Part shown: positions 20,593 to 31,041 of the stretch, piece after piece | How the letters are laid out: each line of letters opens with the position of its first letter | How positions within the stretch are numbered: position 1 is the first letter of the stretch | NCBI GenBank assembly: GCA_963706325.1 | Contig: CAVPLT010000004.1 | Location: 800,001-864,000 of the forward strand | DNA length: 64,000 bases | Source of the DNA: an uncultured Nitrospiraceae bacterium | Lineage (GTDB): Bacteria > Nitrospirota > Nitrospiria > Nitrospirales > Nitrospiraceae | Direction of reading: 5' to 3' | The notes under the pieces: generated by a model | The model's database searches: none | What the model saw: only the letters and a program-made list of their open reading frames with translations | Told to the model about the DNA's origin: nothing | Translations under genes and position numbers: made by a program

Positions 20593-22644
20593 ATGATGAG
20601 TTGCCCATTAAAGGCCGACGACATGATTTTATCAGTACCCGCCGACCATCTCCGTGATAGCCATAATCTACTCTCCAAGGAGTGGCTGGTGACGAATGGC
20701 CTGGGTGGTTATGCATCCGGGACGTTGCTGTGTGCTCCCACGCGACGATATCACGGGATATTTGTACCGGATCTCCCGGCGCCATGGGGGCGGACGGTGA
20801 TGATTCCCCGGTTGGACGAAGCAGTCATCGTCGACGGACAATCCCTCCTGCTGAGCGGCGTCGAGTTTGAAGACGGACGCGTGCAAAGCGACCTCACGGA
20901 AGTGCTCGCCGAATTCAGCCGTGAATGGCACACACCGATATGGCGTTGTGTATTCAAAGGGCGCCGCCTTGAAAAGCGGGTCATCATGCCGTACGGCTAC
21001 AACTCAGTCTATGTGGAATATCGCTTGCTAGAGGGTGATCCGATTCGGCTGCATATCCGCCCGTTTATCACATTTCGAATGTTGGATGCGCAGTTGCATG
21101 AAGCCAAGCGGCCTCCCTTTCCGCTCACCGTGCTCGATGGGCGTTACGAAATGCATCTCTGCGAAGGCGCCTCGTCACTCAAGCTGTGCATGCGGCCGCA
21201 CTGCGGGCAATTCATTGCCGACGCGCTCGTGAGTCGCGGGGTGTCGTATCGAGTGGATCGTGACCGCGGCTCTGAACATATCGAGGACCTTGCAAGCCCG
21301 GGATATTTTGGCGCGGATCTGACTTCAGCTCGACCGGTTGCGTTTGTTGCGAGCACCGAGTCGTGGGAGCTCCTCGAGTTCAATTCGGAAGCGGTCTTTG
21401 AGGCGGAAGCACAGCGGCTACAGAAACTGTCCCCGCTTCAAGAGCGAGGCCATGATGAATTGGAAGGGTTGTTGGCGCTCGCGGCGGACCAATTCATTGT
21501 GCTGCCAGGGTCGCGCTTGAATGAGCAGGCCCTTGCGCGCGCTTCCGGTGATGAAGCGCGCACGGTCATTGCCGGCTATCACTGGTTCACCGATTGGGGC
21601 CGCGATACCATGATCAGTCTGGAAGGGCTCACCCTCTGTACCGGACGCTACCGCGAGGCGCGCTCGATTCTGCGCACGTTTGCCAATTATATCGAGGATG
21701 GATTGCTGCCGAATCTTTTTCCCGAGGGGCAACGCAAGGCGCTCTACCATACTGTCGATGCGACGCTCTGGTACTTTCATGCGCTGGATCGGTATCAGCG
21801 GGTCACCGGAGATACCGAGCTGGTCGTCGATCTCTGATGCCTACATTGAAATCCGTGATCGAACATCATGTGAAGGGCACGCATTTCGGTATCGGCGTGG
21901 ATTCGCGCGATGGTCTGTTGCATGCCGGAGCCGAAGGATATCAACTCACCTGGATGGACGCGAAGGTGGATGGATGGGTCGTCACGCCGCGGCGCGGCAA
22001 GCCGGTCGAGATTCAAGCCCTCTGGTTTAATGCGCTCTGTTGCATGGTGGAGTGGGGAAAAATGGCCGGGGAGAACCAGCCAGCCCTGGGCGGAGATGGC
22101 TGAACTGGCCAGGCGATCGTTTAACGATCGATTCTGGCGACAGGATGCCGGCTGCCTGTTCGATGTCATTGAGGGCGAGCAGGGGAATGATACGAGTTTT
22201 CGTCCTAACCAGATTGTGGCGATTGCGCTCCAGCATCCGATTTTGGAAGAGCAGCGATGGCGCGCAGTCGTCGATGCGGTGGCGGACAAGCTCCTCACAC
22301 CGGTTGGCCTGCGTACTCTGTCGAGAGACCATCGCGACTACAAGCCGATGTACTTCGGGGACCTTCGAGCGAGAGACGCCGCCTATCATCAGGGAACGGT
22401 GTGGGCCTGGTTGATCGGACCCTTTATCGATGCCTGGCTGAAAGTCTACAAGGATGCGTCAAAGGCGAGAGGCATGCTGGAAGGGTTCCACTCGCACCTG
22501 GTGGAAGTCGGAATCGGCACGGTCAGCGAAATTTTCGATGCAGAACCTCCCTACCATCCACGCGGGTGTATCGCTCAAGCCTGGAGCGTGGCGGAGGTGT
22601 TGCGGGTCTGCATAAAAACGCGGTTGGCCCGAGAGAATCCGTGA
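20593..22644 (+). CDS. Amylo-alpha-1,6-glucosidase / glycogen debranching enzyme; frameshifts at ~21835 and ~22085
   Basis: EWLVTNGLGGYASGT, IAGYHWFTDWGRDTMISLEGL, QLTWMDAKV..VTPRRGKPVEIQALW, YHQGTVWAW, AQAWSVAE, spread over three frames. Confidence 0.88.
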
Positions 22645-22694
22645 GTGGAGTAATTCGTCTCGAGCTGGACAGGGTGCCTAGGGCGAGCCGGCAC

Positions 22695-23432
22695 ATGCCC
22701 TATGTGCGCATCGGCACTTCAGGATGGCATTACGGGCATTGGCGAGGTCCCTACTACCCACCGAGCGTTCCCCCGCGAGCACTGTTGAATTATTATGCGC
22801 GAGATTTCGATACTGTAGAGATCAACAACAGTTTTTACCGCCTGCCTTCGACGACCACCTTTGACACATGGAGCAAAGCCACGCCGGAGGGATTTTGCTT
22901 TGCCGTCAAGGCAAGCCGCTTCCTGACCCATCGCAAAAAATTGTTGGATCCCGAGCCGGCGCTTGCCCGGTTGTTGGAAGCAGCCGAGAGATTAGGCGGA
23001 AAGCTCGGTCCGATTTTGTTTCAATTGCCACCTAATTGGCGTTGCCATGTCGCTCGGCTCGAAGCCTTTCTCCGCGCGCTTCCGGCAGGGCAACGGTATA
23101 CCGTCGAATTCCGTGACCAGAGCTGGCATACCCGACAGGTGTTGGAATTGCTGCGGGAATATAATGTGGCGTTTTGTATCTATGAGTTGGCCGGGATTCG
23201 CTCCCCGATCGAGGTCACTGCCGATTTTGTCTATGTCCGGCTCCACGGGCCAGGGAACAAGTATCAGGGCGACTATTCGATCAGCTCGCTGAAATCCTGG
23301 GCCGCCCATGTCGAGCGATGGGTAAAGTCACGCTGTCACGTGTACGTATACTTCGATAACGATCAGGCGGGATATGCGGTGAAGAACGCCCGAGAACTCA
23401 AAAGCATCATCACGCCGGAGCCCGATGTGTAA
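22695..23432 (+). CDS. DUF72 (YecE-like) protein
   Basis: RIGTSGWHY, TVEINNSFYRLP, LFQLPP, YVRLHG, YFDND. Confidence 0.92.
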   Translation: MPYVRIGTSGWHYGHWRGPYYPPSVPPRALLNYYARDFDTVEINNSFYRLPSTTTFDTWSKATPEGFCFAVKASRFLTHRKKLLDPEPALARLLEAAERLGGKLGPILFQLPPNWRCHVARLEAFLRALPAGQRYTVEFRDQSWHTRQVLELLREYNVAFCIYELAGIRSPIEVTADFVYVRLHGPGNKYQGDYSISSLKSWAAHVERWVKSRCHVYVYFDNDQAGYAVKNARELKSIITPEPDV

Positions 23433-23559
23433 CCGTTATTCTTTCAACTGGGGAGCTAATCTAGACCGAAACTGGGCACTCCACTCTCTGGGGTGCTCTC
23501 TTTAGTTTCTCCAACCATCTTGGCAGCGCCGCATAGTTCCCTTTCATCACAAGCTGTGT

Positions 23560-24084
23560 GTCGTGCAACTCGTCAATCCGGCGCATCAGGGCCAGCTCGG
23601 CATCGGCCACGGGCGTGGGCTGATAGTAGGCCGTCGAGCGAGCCACCCCGAGCAGTTGGCATTGCCGGACGACAGACGGCGGATGAGGGCGGTCAATCAT
23701 CGCTCTGCGCTCAGCAAGCCTGCCTGGTGAGCGCCCCTTCCAAAGAATCGTTCTCCAGCGCCAGTTGCCCGATTTTCGCGTGAAGCGTTTTGAGATCCGG
23801 TCTCTCTGACAGAGCCTTCGTCCCGCCAAACACCCCCGCGGGTCGCGCCAGCAGTTGCTGCTTCCATTCGGTGGGTGGGGAGGACTCTGAATTGCTCGGC
23901 CAATTCGGCGAGCGCCTTGTCGTCTTTGACGGCGGCCAACGCCACCCGTGCCACGAAAGTCGCTACGTGATTCCCGTCTCGTGCGTGTCATGGCCTCGCT
24001 CCCTTGGTTCGCCACCACCCGGTGGCGTCGGTGAAGCCAGGCTACCACTTATCACACTGTACGAATTTCCGGAGCCCCTCTCTC
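23560..24084 (-). mobile_element. Truncated, degenerate IS3-family element (OrfA and start of OrfB)
   Basis: RVALAAVKDDKALAELAEQF...LHAKIGQLALEND; MIDRPHP..VVRQCQLLGVARSTAYYQP...LMRRIDELH, then breaks off; multiple frameshifts; no integrase core. Confidence 0.85.
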
Positions 24085-24532
24085 TTCATTGTTTGGCCAC
24101 CCGACAACCCAGATAAAGCATAAATTGGTGGATGGACTCTCGAACTAATAAACTGTTGGCGTAGGACTAACGGAATGCATGTCGCATGTCGGAGCTATGA
24201 CCGGACGTCGGGTGGTCCGCGAGCGATGCCCGACCTAATACTTCAACAGCCTCGTGGTGCGTACAAAAGCCTGGATTGGATTAGGCCTCTTGGTCGAATC
24301 TCACGCATGGCGCGGCTATTCCTTGACTGAATGTATTTGCCTGCTAGCCTTATGTCTAAGGTGTCCTCGCAAGCGGCACTGAGTCCCCCACATCAAACTT
24401 ATTAGTTAGGCGCGGAACCTACCAAACAACGAAAGCGATCCCTTCTTCTGACGGATGGGCGGATGAGCTGGCATCTTGTATACGTAATGTCGTGCCAAGA
24501 ACCGTGAACCCTATTGTACTGAGGGAGGAATT

Positions 24533-24940
24533 ATGGACAGAGGCATCCTAACAGGGTTTCTTCTTTGCGTGGCCCTGCTTAGTTCAGGGTGTTCAGTGCT
24601 CATGGCAGCCAATCGGGAAAGCTATCGAGGTGACGTTGGAGTAATACAAGAGGGTGTATCTCGTACTGAGGTGATTGCCGAATTAGGTCAACCAGATTCC
24701 TTCTTTAAGCCCGAAACCGGCGGATTCGACGATCGTTATGTGCTCGATCCAGAAGCTCATCACACGTGGGTCAAAGTGGGTACGGTTGTGGTGCATCTGG
24801 GTGCAGATCTATTTACAGGATTTCTGTGGGAACTCGTAGGCACACCGTACGAACTTGCCGTGCGTGATCGAAAGGTGATTTATCATCTGGCGTACAATCC
24901 AGACGGAAAATTATCCACTATCGAAAAGATCAAGCCTTAG
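24533..24940 (+). CDS. Hypothetical lipoprotein (SmpA/OsmE-like)
   Basis: Lipobox LSSGC; GVSRTEVIAELGQPD; RBS GGAGGA. Confidence 0.75.
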   Translation: MDRGILTGFLLCVALLSSGCSVLMAANRESYRGDVGVIQEGVSRTEVIAELGQPDSFFKPETGGFDDRYVLDPEAHHTWVKVGTVVVHLGADLFTGFLWELVGTPYELAVRDRKVIYHLAYNPDGKLSTIEKIKP

Positions 24941-26076
24941 ATAAAACTGATAGACCTGATGCTTGCATCAGAGCTTCCCTCTCGTCCGATTGAGTCAGCT
25001 TCTAGAGCCCATTTGTTGCAAAACGTTGCTGCTGGCACCTAGGTAAGAGGGTCGTATATCGTCTTGATGCCGCCAATAACTCGATGAGCATAGTATTCAG
25101 CCATGAATATAACGGCACTTTTTGTCAGGGGCCTTCTAGCATAGGTCAAATAGATTTGGGGGTTAAATCTTTACGTAACGAGGCCTTCCTTCCCGCTCTT
25201 GCGAACTCTCGTCTGCGAGTGCGTCCTACTTTGACCATATAGATCAAATGACGGTATGACCCTATGAGAAGAGGTCTTTTCACGTATCCATGGGTCCCCG
25301 TGTTACTGAGACGGGGGTATTCCGCCCGTCCGGCTGTCGCCGGATCGGGCGGCTTTCACCTCGTCACATCACGCTAGGATGTTCCGGGCAACATCCTAGC
25401 GTCCATCCCTCCCTGGCGTAGAAAACACCGATCCGGATACTTGATCCACGGTCCCAACCGACGAGCCCGCAGGTTTCCTGCTGCATCCTCGCTATGAACG
25501 TCCACATTTTCGGGGAGTCTATTATCGGGCTGCGTCCTGAATGGAGCGCTGTTCACTTTTGTGCGGGTGAGTCCTCACTGGAATTGTATAATTCCAGTGC
25601 TCAGCTTCATATTGGGCGGGAACTCTGTTTTAAGGCCGGGAGCGCTCCTGCATTCCCGATCGGCTGGATGCAGGAGGTCCCTCGTAAGTACGCCGTTCAT
25701 CCTCCAACCTGACTTGACCATAGATGAGATAGCCATTATAGGCTCGTGCCGTCTCTCTGGCCCACCTCATCGTCAGCATCGTGAGCATCGCGCAAACAGA
25801 CAGCGTGATGAGGAATCTGAAGCTCCAGCTGTCGTGGAAGTTATTAGTTTTGTTTCACCACCAAGGGTCGCGCTCCCCAGAGGACGAACGAAATACGTCC
25901 AATTCACGGGGCCGAATAGCACCAGGAAGGCGATCGCAAATTCTTGTTCGGCTGCATCTTCCCCAGAGGATTGATGACGCGATCGGTCACCGCAGAGAGC
26001 CTGGGGACGTGCTGGAGTTGGTAGGGTAGAGAAAAGACGAGTCCCGCCGCTGCCGCTACCATGGGCGAGGCAGGGG

Positions 26077-26121
26077 CTAGGGTACCCACTAGCTCCAACC
26101 TGCAGTATTGACCGGTACAGT
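26077..26121 (+). promoter_or_regulatory. CTAG-N8-CTAG box (26077-26092) and -10 TACAGT (26116-26121)
   Basis: GCTAGGGTACCCACTAGC; 23-nt spacer. Confidence 0.7.
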
Positions 26122-26414
26122 GAAGCTGGTTCGTCCTCGGCCCCTGATGCGAGGACCGACCAAAACCTTTGGAAGCGACCATACTTGACAGTGAGGCGCG
26201 TGAGCGACCATCCCCCAGTTAGACTCATTCCGTCGGGGCTGACTCCGGAGGCCGACTTGAACGTCTTGTTGAGCGTCTTATGGTCAGCGCCGATGTCGTT
26301 CCGACCGGTGCGCCGTAAGGCAAGGGCACCTGAATGGAATCCCGACAAAACATCGTCTTCCGTCCATTCTTTGAAGTCGTAGCCGACTGACTGAGGCAGG
26401 GTGAGGTTGATGAC

Positions 26415-27053
26415 ATGATGACCGCGCGGTCCCCGACGATCACTATTCTGTTAGTGGTCCTGCTGACGGCAGGGTTTCTAGCAGCGCGTACCGCCACGGC
26501 AGAATGGTATGTGGCCGGACAGTTCGGCGCGAACTTTGCGGATCAACTCAGCGATATTCGAGGGACCGGCAGTTTGAGCGGATTTCGCGCGCCAGATTTC
26601 GATCTGCAGAACTCCTTCGTCTATGGAGGCAAGCTCGGCATGTTTCCAGGCAACGGATGGTTCGGTCTGGAACTTGATGTGTTCAACAGCACCCCCCATA
26701 TTAAGAATCTCGACAATGTTCCAGGTATTCACATGCGGGTGACAAACGTGGGAGTGAATTTGCTGGCACGGTATCCTGGCGTGACATTCCAACCGTATAT
26801 TGGGATCGGGGCCGGTGCGGCCATTGCGCGAATCGGGGACTCCGCAACTACCCAGGCCAATACTGACGTCGCATCCGCCTTCAACCTCTTGGTGGGCATC
26901 AGAGCCTTCGTCACGCCGTATGTGGCGGTGTTCACCGAATATAAATATAGCCAGTCGACGTTAGGATTCGACCAGGCATTCGGGCCGACCGGTGGATTCA
27001 ATGGACATTATGATGCGCACATTTTGGTTACGGGTCTCTCCTATCATTTTTGA
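26415..27053 (+). CDS. Outer-membrane beta-barrel protein (OmpA/OmpW-like, probably 8 strands)
   Basis: Signal peptide ATA-EWYVAGQFG; PYIGIGAG; C-terminal GLSYHF. Confidence 0.88.
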   Translation: MMTARSPTITILLVVLLTAGFLAARTATAEWYVAGQFGANFADQLSDIRGTGSLSGFRAPDFDLQNSFVYGGKLGMFPGNGWFGLELDVFNSTPHIKNLDNVPGIHMRVTNVGVNLLARYPGVTFQPYIGIGAGAAIARIGDSATTQANTDVASAFNLLVGIRAFVTPYVAVFTEYKYSQSTLGFDQAFGPTGGFNGHYDAHILVTGLSYHF

Positions 27054-27066
27054 AGGCCGGACAGAC

Positions 27067-27789
27067 TTGCGAGAGCTCACCGTCGCGGTCCTCCTTACTC
27101 TGACCTTGCTCTGTGACTGCTTGCGCGCAAAGCGCGCATCAATCCGGTCGAGATGTGCTCGATCAGATTCTGCCCGATAATTTGGAACAAGAAATCGACC
27201 AGACCGTGTCGTTCGCTGACTTGAAGGCCGATCCCGCCGCCTATCAAGGCAAGACCGTTATGGTCAGCGGCATCGTGCTCAAAAGTAAACGGGTGAAGGA
27301 CCGCACCGAAATCGAGGTGCTACAAATCCCCACCGGCTCCGGCGCAATGCCGAGGAAGGATCGCGCGAGGTCGCAAGGCCGGTTCCTTGCCGTCAAGAGT
27401 GGAGAATTTCTCGATCCGGCTGTGGTCGATGCCGGCACACCGGTGACGGTGGTTGGCGAAGTCGGGTCTCCTGTCCACTCGAAGTATGGACGACGGCGAA
27501 TACATCTACCCGGTTCTGGAAATCAAGCACCTGGTGGACTGGGAGGAAGTCGATCCGCGCGGAGGCTCCGTTCCGTACGCCTATCCATATGGAGGTTCCA
27601 TGTACGCCTATCCTTACTCCTACTGGGGACCTTACGGGGGTATGGGAGGTTGGTATGGCGGCTATCCAGGCTATGGCGGCTATGGGTATGGTTATCCATA
27701 CTACGGACCCTTCTTTGGATTCGGGAGCGGATCGTCCGTTCCCAGCGGGCCGCCACCGGCAGTCCGCGCCGCCGCAATTTAAAAAATGA
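27067..27789 (+). CDS. Slp-family outer-membrane lipoprotein with a Gly/Tyr-rich tail; several frameshifts (~27111, ~27470, ~27770)
   Basis: Lipobox VTAC; DPAAYQGKTVMVSG, GRFLA..GEFLDPA, VTVVGEV, YIYPVLEI. Confidence 0.78.
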
Positions 27790-27824
27790 TGTGACAGGCG
27801 CGGCCTCGGCGGCGAAGGAGCCAC

Positions 27825-30428
27825 ATGGGTCTTCGGCAGTATTGGAAAAAACGCGACTTCAAGCAAACACCCGAACCGCGAGGGAAAGAGGTTCCGCCTC
27901 AAGGCCGGTTGCAGTTCGTCATTCAAAAACATGCCGCAAGCCGTCTCCATTATGACTTTCGGCTCGAATTGGATGGCACGTTGAAAAGCTGGGCCGTCCC
28001 CAAGGGGCCCAGCTTGGATCCTGCACAGAAACGGCTGGCCGTGCACGTTGAAGATCATCCGCTTGACTACGCAAGCTTTGAGGGGATCATTCCTGCCAAA
28101 CAATACGGCGGCGGAACGGTGCTGCTCTGGGACCGGGGTTACTGGGAAGCCATTGGCGATGCAGGATCGAGTTACCGTCGCGGACGACTCAAGTTCGTGC
28201 TGCACGGGGAAAAACTGCGCGGTATCTGGAATCTGGTTCGCATGGGTGGTCGACAGGAAGCGGGCAAGGAAAATTGGCTCCTGATTAAGGAAAAGGATGA
28301 GGAAGCGCGCAGTGGGAAAAAAAGCGATGTAACACAGAGCCTTCCGGCGAGCGTCGCAACTGGAAAGAGCATCGAGCAAATTGCCACCGGAAAACATGCG
28401 GTGTGGCAATCTAATAGACCCTCGGATAAACAAGGCCGGGGTGCCAAGGCGCGGCGCCCCGTTAAGAGTGTTTCCGCTCCAGGCGCTGTCAAGGCCGCCC
28501 AAGAAAAATGGGTTGTCCCGCAATTGGCGACGTTGGTCACCGCCTCTCCCGAAGGAGAAGAATGGGTGCACGAACTCAAGTATGACGGGTATCGCATCTT
28601 GTGCCGGATCCAAGGCGGCAGGGCCACATTGCTGACTCGAAATGGAAACGATTGGACCGCCAAGCTGCCCCATATCGCCCGCGCGGCCGCAGACCTTGCG
28701 GTGAAAACAGCCTGGCTTGACGGCGAAGTCGTCGCCTTACTGCCGGACGGGCGCGTCAGCTTCCAAACCCTGCAGAATGCATTCGATACGCATTCCGACA
28801 GCAATTTGGTTTATTTCGTATTTGACCTTCTGTATCTCGACGGCTACGACTTACGGCCCGCCTTGCTGATTGAGCGTAAACGTCTTTTATCGGCCCTGTT
28901 TCAAGACAGCTCCCCGACGGATCTCATTCACTATAGCGATCACATCACCGGCAAGGGGGACGTCGCCTTCACCGAAGCCTGCCGAAGCGGCATGGAGGGG
29001 TTGATTGCCAAACGCGCCGATGCGTCCTATGTGGGGGGGCGAAATCGCAACTGGGTCAAGGTGAAGTGCGGGCGGCGGCAGGAGTTCGTGATCGGGGGAT
29101 TTACCGATCCCTCCGGCTCACGTAGCGGCTTTGGGGCATTGCTGCTCGGGGTCTATGATACGCATGGCCAGCTGCGATTTTCAGGACGCACGGGAACCGG
29201 CTTCTCCCAGCGTTCCTTGAAGGAACTTCACAGCCGACTCAAGAAGCTGGAACAAGATACGTCTCCGTTTTTAAACCCGCCCAGAGAGAGAGGTCTGCAT
29301 TGGGTGAAGCCGACACTGGTAGCCGAGGTCGCTTTCGCTGAATGGACGAATGAAGACCAGTTGAGGCAAGCGTCGTTTCAAGGCCTTCGCGAGGACAAAG
29401 ATCCCCGGAAGGTGATCCACGAGCGACCAGCGCCCGAGGTTTCGCCTGAGATGACGGACAAGCCTTCTCGCTCTCGATCGTGGCGTCGGAAAGAAAAATC
29501 AAAAGGACGACCGTCTTCGAGGAGCGATTCCCAGGAGAGCGCGAATGTCGTCAGCGGTGTGACCCTCAGCCATCCGGACCGAGTGTTGTTTCCCGAGCAA
29601 AGCGTCACCAAACTCGCGCTGGCGCGATATTACGAATCTATCAGCGAATGGATCATCCCGCACGTGGAAGATCGACCATTGACGCTTGTTCGCTGCCCGG
29701 AGGGATACAACAAGGAGTGTTTTTATCAGAAACATGCGAACGATCGCATACCCGAGGCGGTCGGACGCGTCGACATTCCCGAAGATGACGGGACCGCTTC
29801 CTATATGGTGGCGGATTCGCCGGCTGCGCTGGTGGGGCTGGTTCAAATGGGCGTGTTGGAGCTGCATACGTGGGGGTCGAAGCGGGATAAACTCGAACGT
29901 CCGGACCGCATGATCCTCGATCTCGACCCAGATCCCGCGGTCGAGTGGTCTGCCGTCATTGAAGGCGCGCAACTGCTGCGCACCCTGCTGAATGAATTGA
30001 ACCTTGCCTCGTTCGTCAAGACGACGGGCGGGAAGGGCCTTCATATCGTGGTGCCGCTGCAACGCGTCCATACCTGGGACGAGGTGAAGACGTTCTCGAA
30101 AGCGCTTGCCGATCATCTTGTCCATACGATCCCGGAACGTTTCCTCGCAAATATGTCGAAGCACAAGCGCAAGGGGAAAATCTATATCGATTATTTACGC
30201 AACGCGCGGGGCGCGACGGCGGTGGCCGCCTATTCCACCCGGGCTAGGCAAGGCGCGCCGATATCCGTGCCGTTAGCCTGGGAGGAACTGTCGGTCGACC
30301 TGCGATCCGACCATTTCACCATGACCAATTTGCCGGAACGGCTCGGACAGCTGCGTAAAGATCCTTGGAAGGATTATTTTACGGCGAAACAGCGCATCAG
30401 CCGCAAGATGCTCATGAGTTTGGTGTAA
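27825..30428 (+). CDS. ligD: DNA ligase D (phosphoesterase-ligase-polymerase)
   Basis: FVIQKHAASRLHYDFRLE, ELKYDGYR, EGLIAKR, WVKVKC, LSHPDRVLFP, KTTGGKGLH, IDYLRN. Confidence 0.97.
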   Translation: MGLRQYWKKRDFKQTPEPRGKEVPPQGRLQFVIQKHAASRLHYDFRLELDGTLKSWAVPKGPSLDPAQKRLAVHVEDHPLDYASFEGIIPAKQYGGGTVLLWDRGYWEAIGDAGSSYRRGRLKFVLHGEKLRGIWNLVRMGGRQEAGKENWLLIKEKDEEARSGKKSDVTQSLPASVATGKSIEQIATGKHAVWQSNRPSDKQGRGAKARRPVKSVSAPGAVKAAQEKWVVPQLATLVTASPEGEEWVHELKYDGYRILCRIQGGRATLLTRNGNDWTAKLPHIARAAADLAVKTAWLDGEVVALLPDGRVSFQTLQNAFDTHSDSNLVYFVFDLLYLDGYDLRPALLIERKRLLSALFQDSSPTDLIHYSDHITGKGDVAFTEACRSGMEGLIAKRADASYVGGRNRNWVKVKCGRRQEFVIGGFTDPSGSRSGFGALLLGVYDTHGQLRFSGRTGTGFSQRSLKELHSRLKKLEQDTSPFLNPPRERGLHWVKPTLVAEVAFAEWTNEDQLRQASFQGLREDKDPRKVIHERPAPEVSPEMTDKPSRSRSWRRKEKSKGRPSSRSDSQESANVVSGVTLSHPDRVLFPEQSVTKLALARYYESISEWIIPHVEDRPLTLVRCPEGYNKECFYQKHANDRIPEAVGRVDIPEDDGTASYMVADSPAALVGLVQMGVLELHTWGSKRDKLERPDRMILDLDPDPAVEWSAVIEGAQLLRTLLNELNLASFVKTTGGKGLHIVVPLQRVHTWDEVKTFSKALADHLVHTIPERFLANMSKHKRKGKIYIDYLRNARGATAVAAYSTRARQGAPISVPLAWEELSVDLRSDHFTMTNLPERLGQLRKDPWKDYFTAKQRISRKMLMSLV

Positions 30429-30466
30429 CTCTATGAATGGGTGGCTAGGGTGGTTAGGTCAGCGAC

Positions 30467-30511
30467 CTGGGGGGAGTGCTAGTAGAGTCAATTCGGCGGT
30501 CCTGGTATCAG
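30467..30511 (+). promoter_or_regulatory. CTGG-N8-CTAG box and imperfect -10 (TGgTATCAG)
   Basis: One-mismatch box at 30467-30482; 23-nt spacer. Confidence 0.55.
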
Positions 30512-30556
30512 TGAGCATGACAAATGGCCGGTCATTGATTAACCAAGGAGTGCCGT

Positions 30557-30814
30557 ATGAATGCCACGATGTCCTTCCCGCGGAATAAAAAACACACAGC
30601 GGTTTCCGAGCCAGCTCCATGCGATTCGCCCTTCTGCATGCGGTGCGGAGGTCTGCTGGTCGATGAGCGTTGCATGGATATCGGTGAAAGCCTCGGGGGG
30701 TATTGGTTTATCGCCATGCGCTGCGTGCAATGCGGCGATATCATCGATGAGGTGATCTTGCGGAATCGCTACGCGCATCTCGTCCCGGCTCAGGAGGTTG
30801 TGCGAGCTGCCTGA
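30557..30814 (+). CDS. Small zinc-ribbon protein
   Basis: CMRCGG...RCVQCGDIIDEVILRNR; RBS AAGGAG. Confidence 0.75.
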   Translation: MNATMSFPRNKKHTAVSEPAPCDSPFCMRCGGLLVDERCMDIGESLGGYWFIAMRCVQCGDIIDEVILRNRYAHLVPAQEVVRAA

Positions 30815-30852
30815 CAAGCTGCCCGCGCTGTTGTCTGCGAGAAGGAGGCGTT

Positions 30853-31041
30853 ATGGCGCAGTATCTGGATCCGCTCATTCGTTCCGGAGCCATGTGGTCA
30901 TGCGGACGTCAGGAGGGAACCAGATCGCGCCCTGGCTGGTGGTCGAGAGTCTGGAGCTGGCTGGGAGGTAGCCGTCCTGCCCCGCAAAGCTCCAATCTCT
31001 TTCGTAGCCAAATAATTCGACCGGATAAGCCACGGTACTGA
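30853..31041 (+). CDS. Small hypothetical protein
   Basis: Strong RBS AAGGAGG; 62 aa. Confidence 0.5.
   Translation: MAQYLDPLIRSGAMWSCGRQEGTRSRPGWWSRVWSWLGGSRPAPQSSNLFRSQIIRPDKPRY

Noticed and set aside
23448..24359. CTGG-N9-CTAG at 23448 and CTAG-N8-CTAA at 24344
   Set aside because: Wrong spacing, or no -10 at 22-23 nt on either strand
25374..26382. Several 60-190 aa ORFs in the gap before the OMP gene
   Set aside because: Mutually overlapping, with no motifs or convincing RBS
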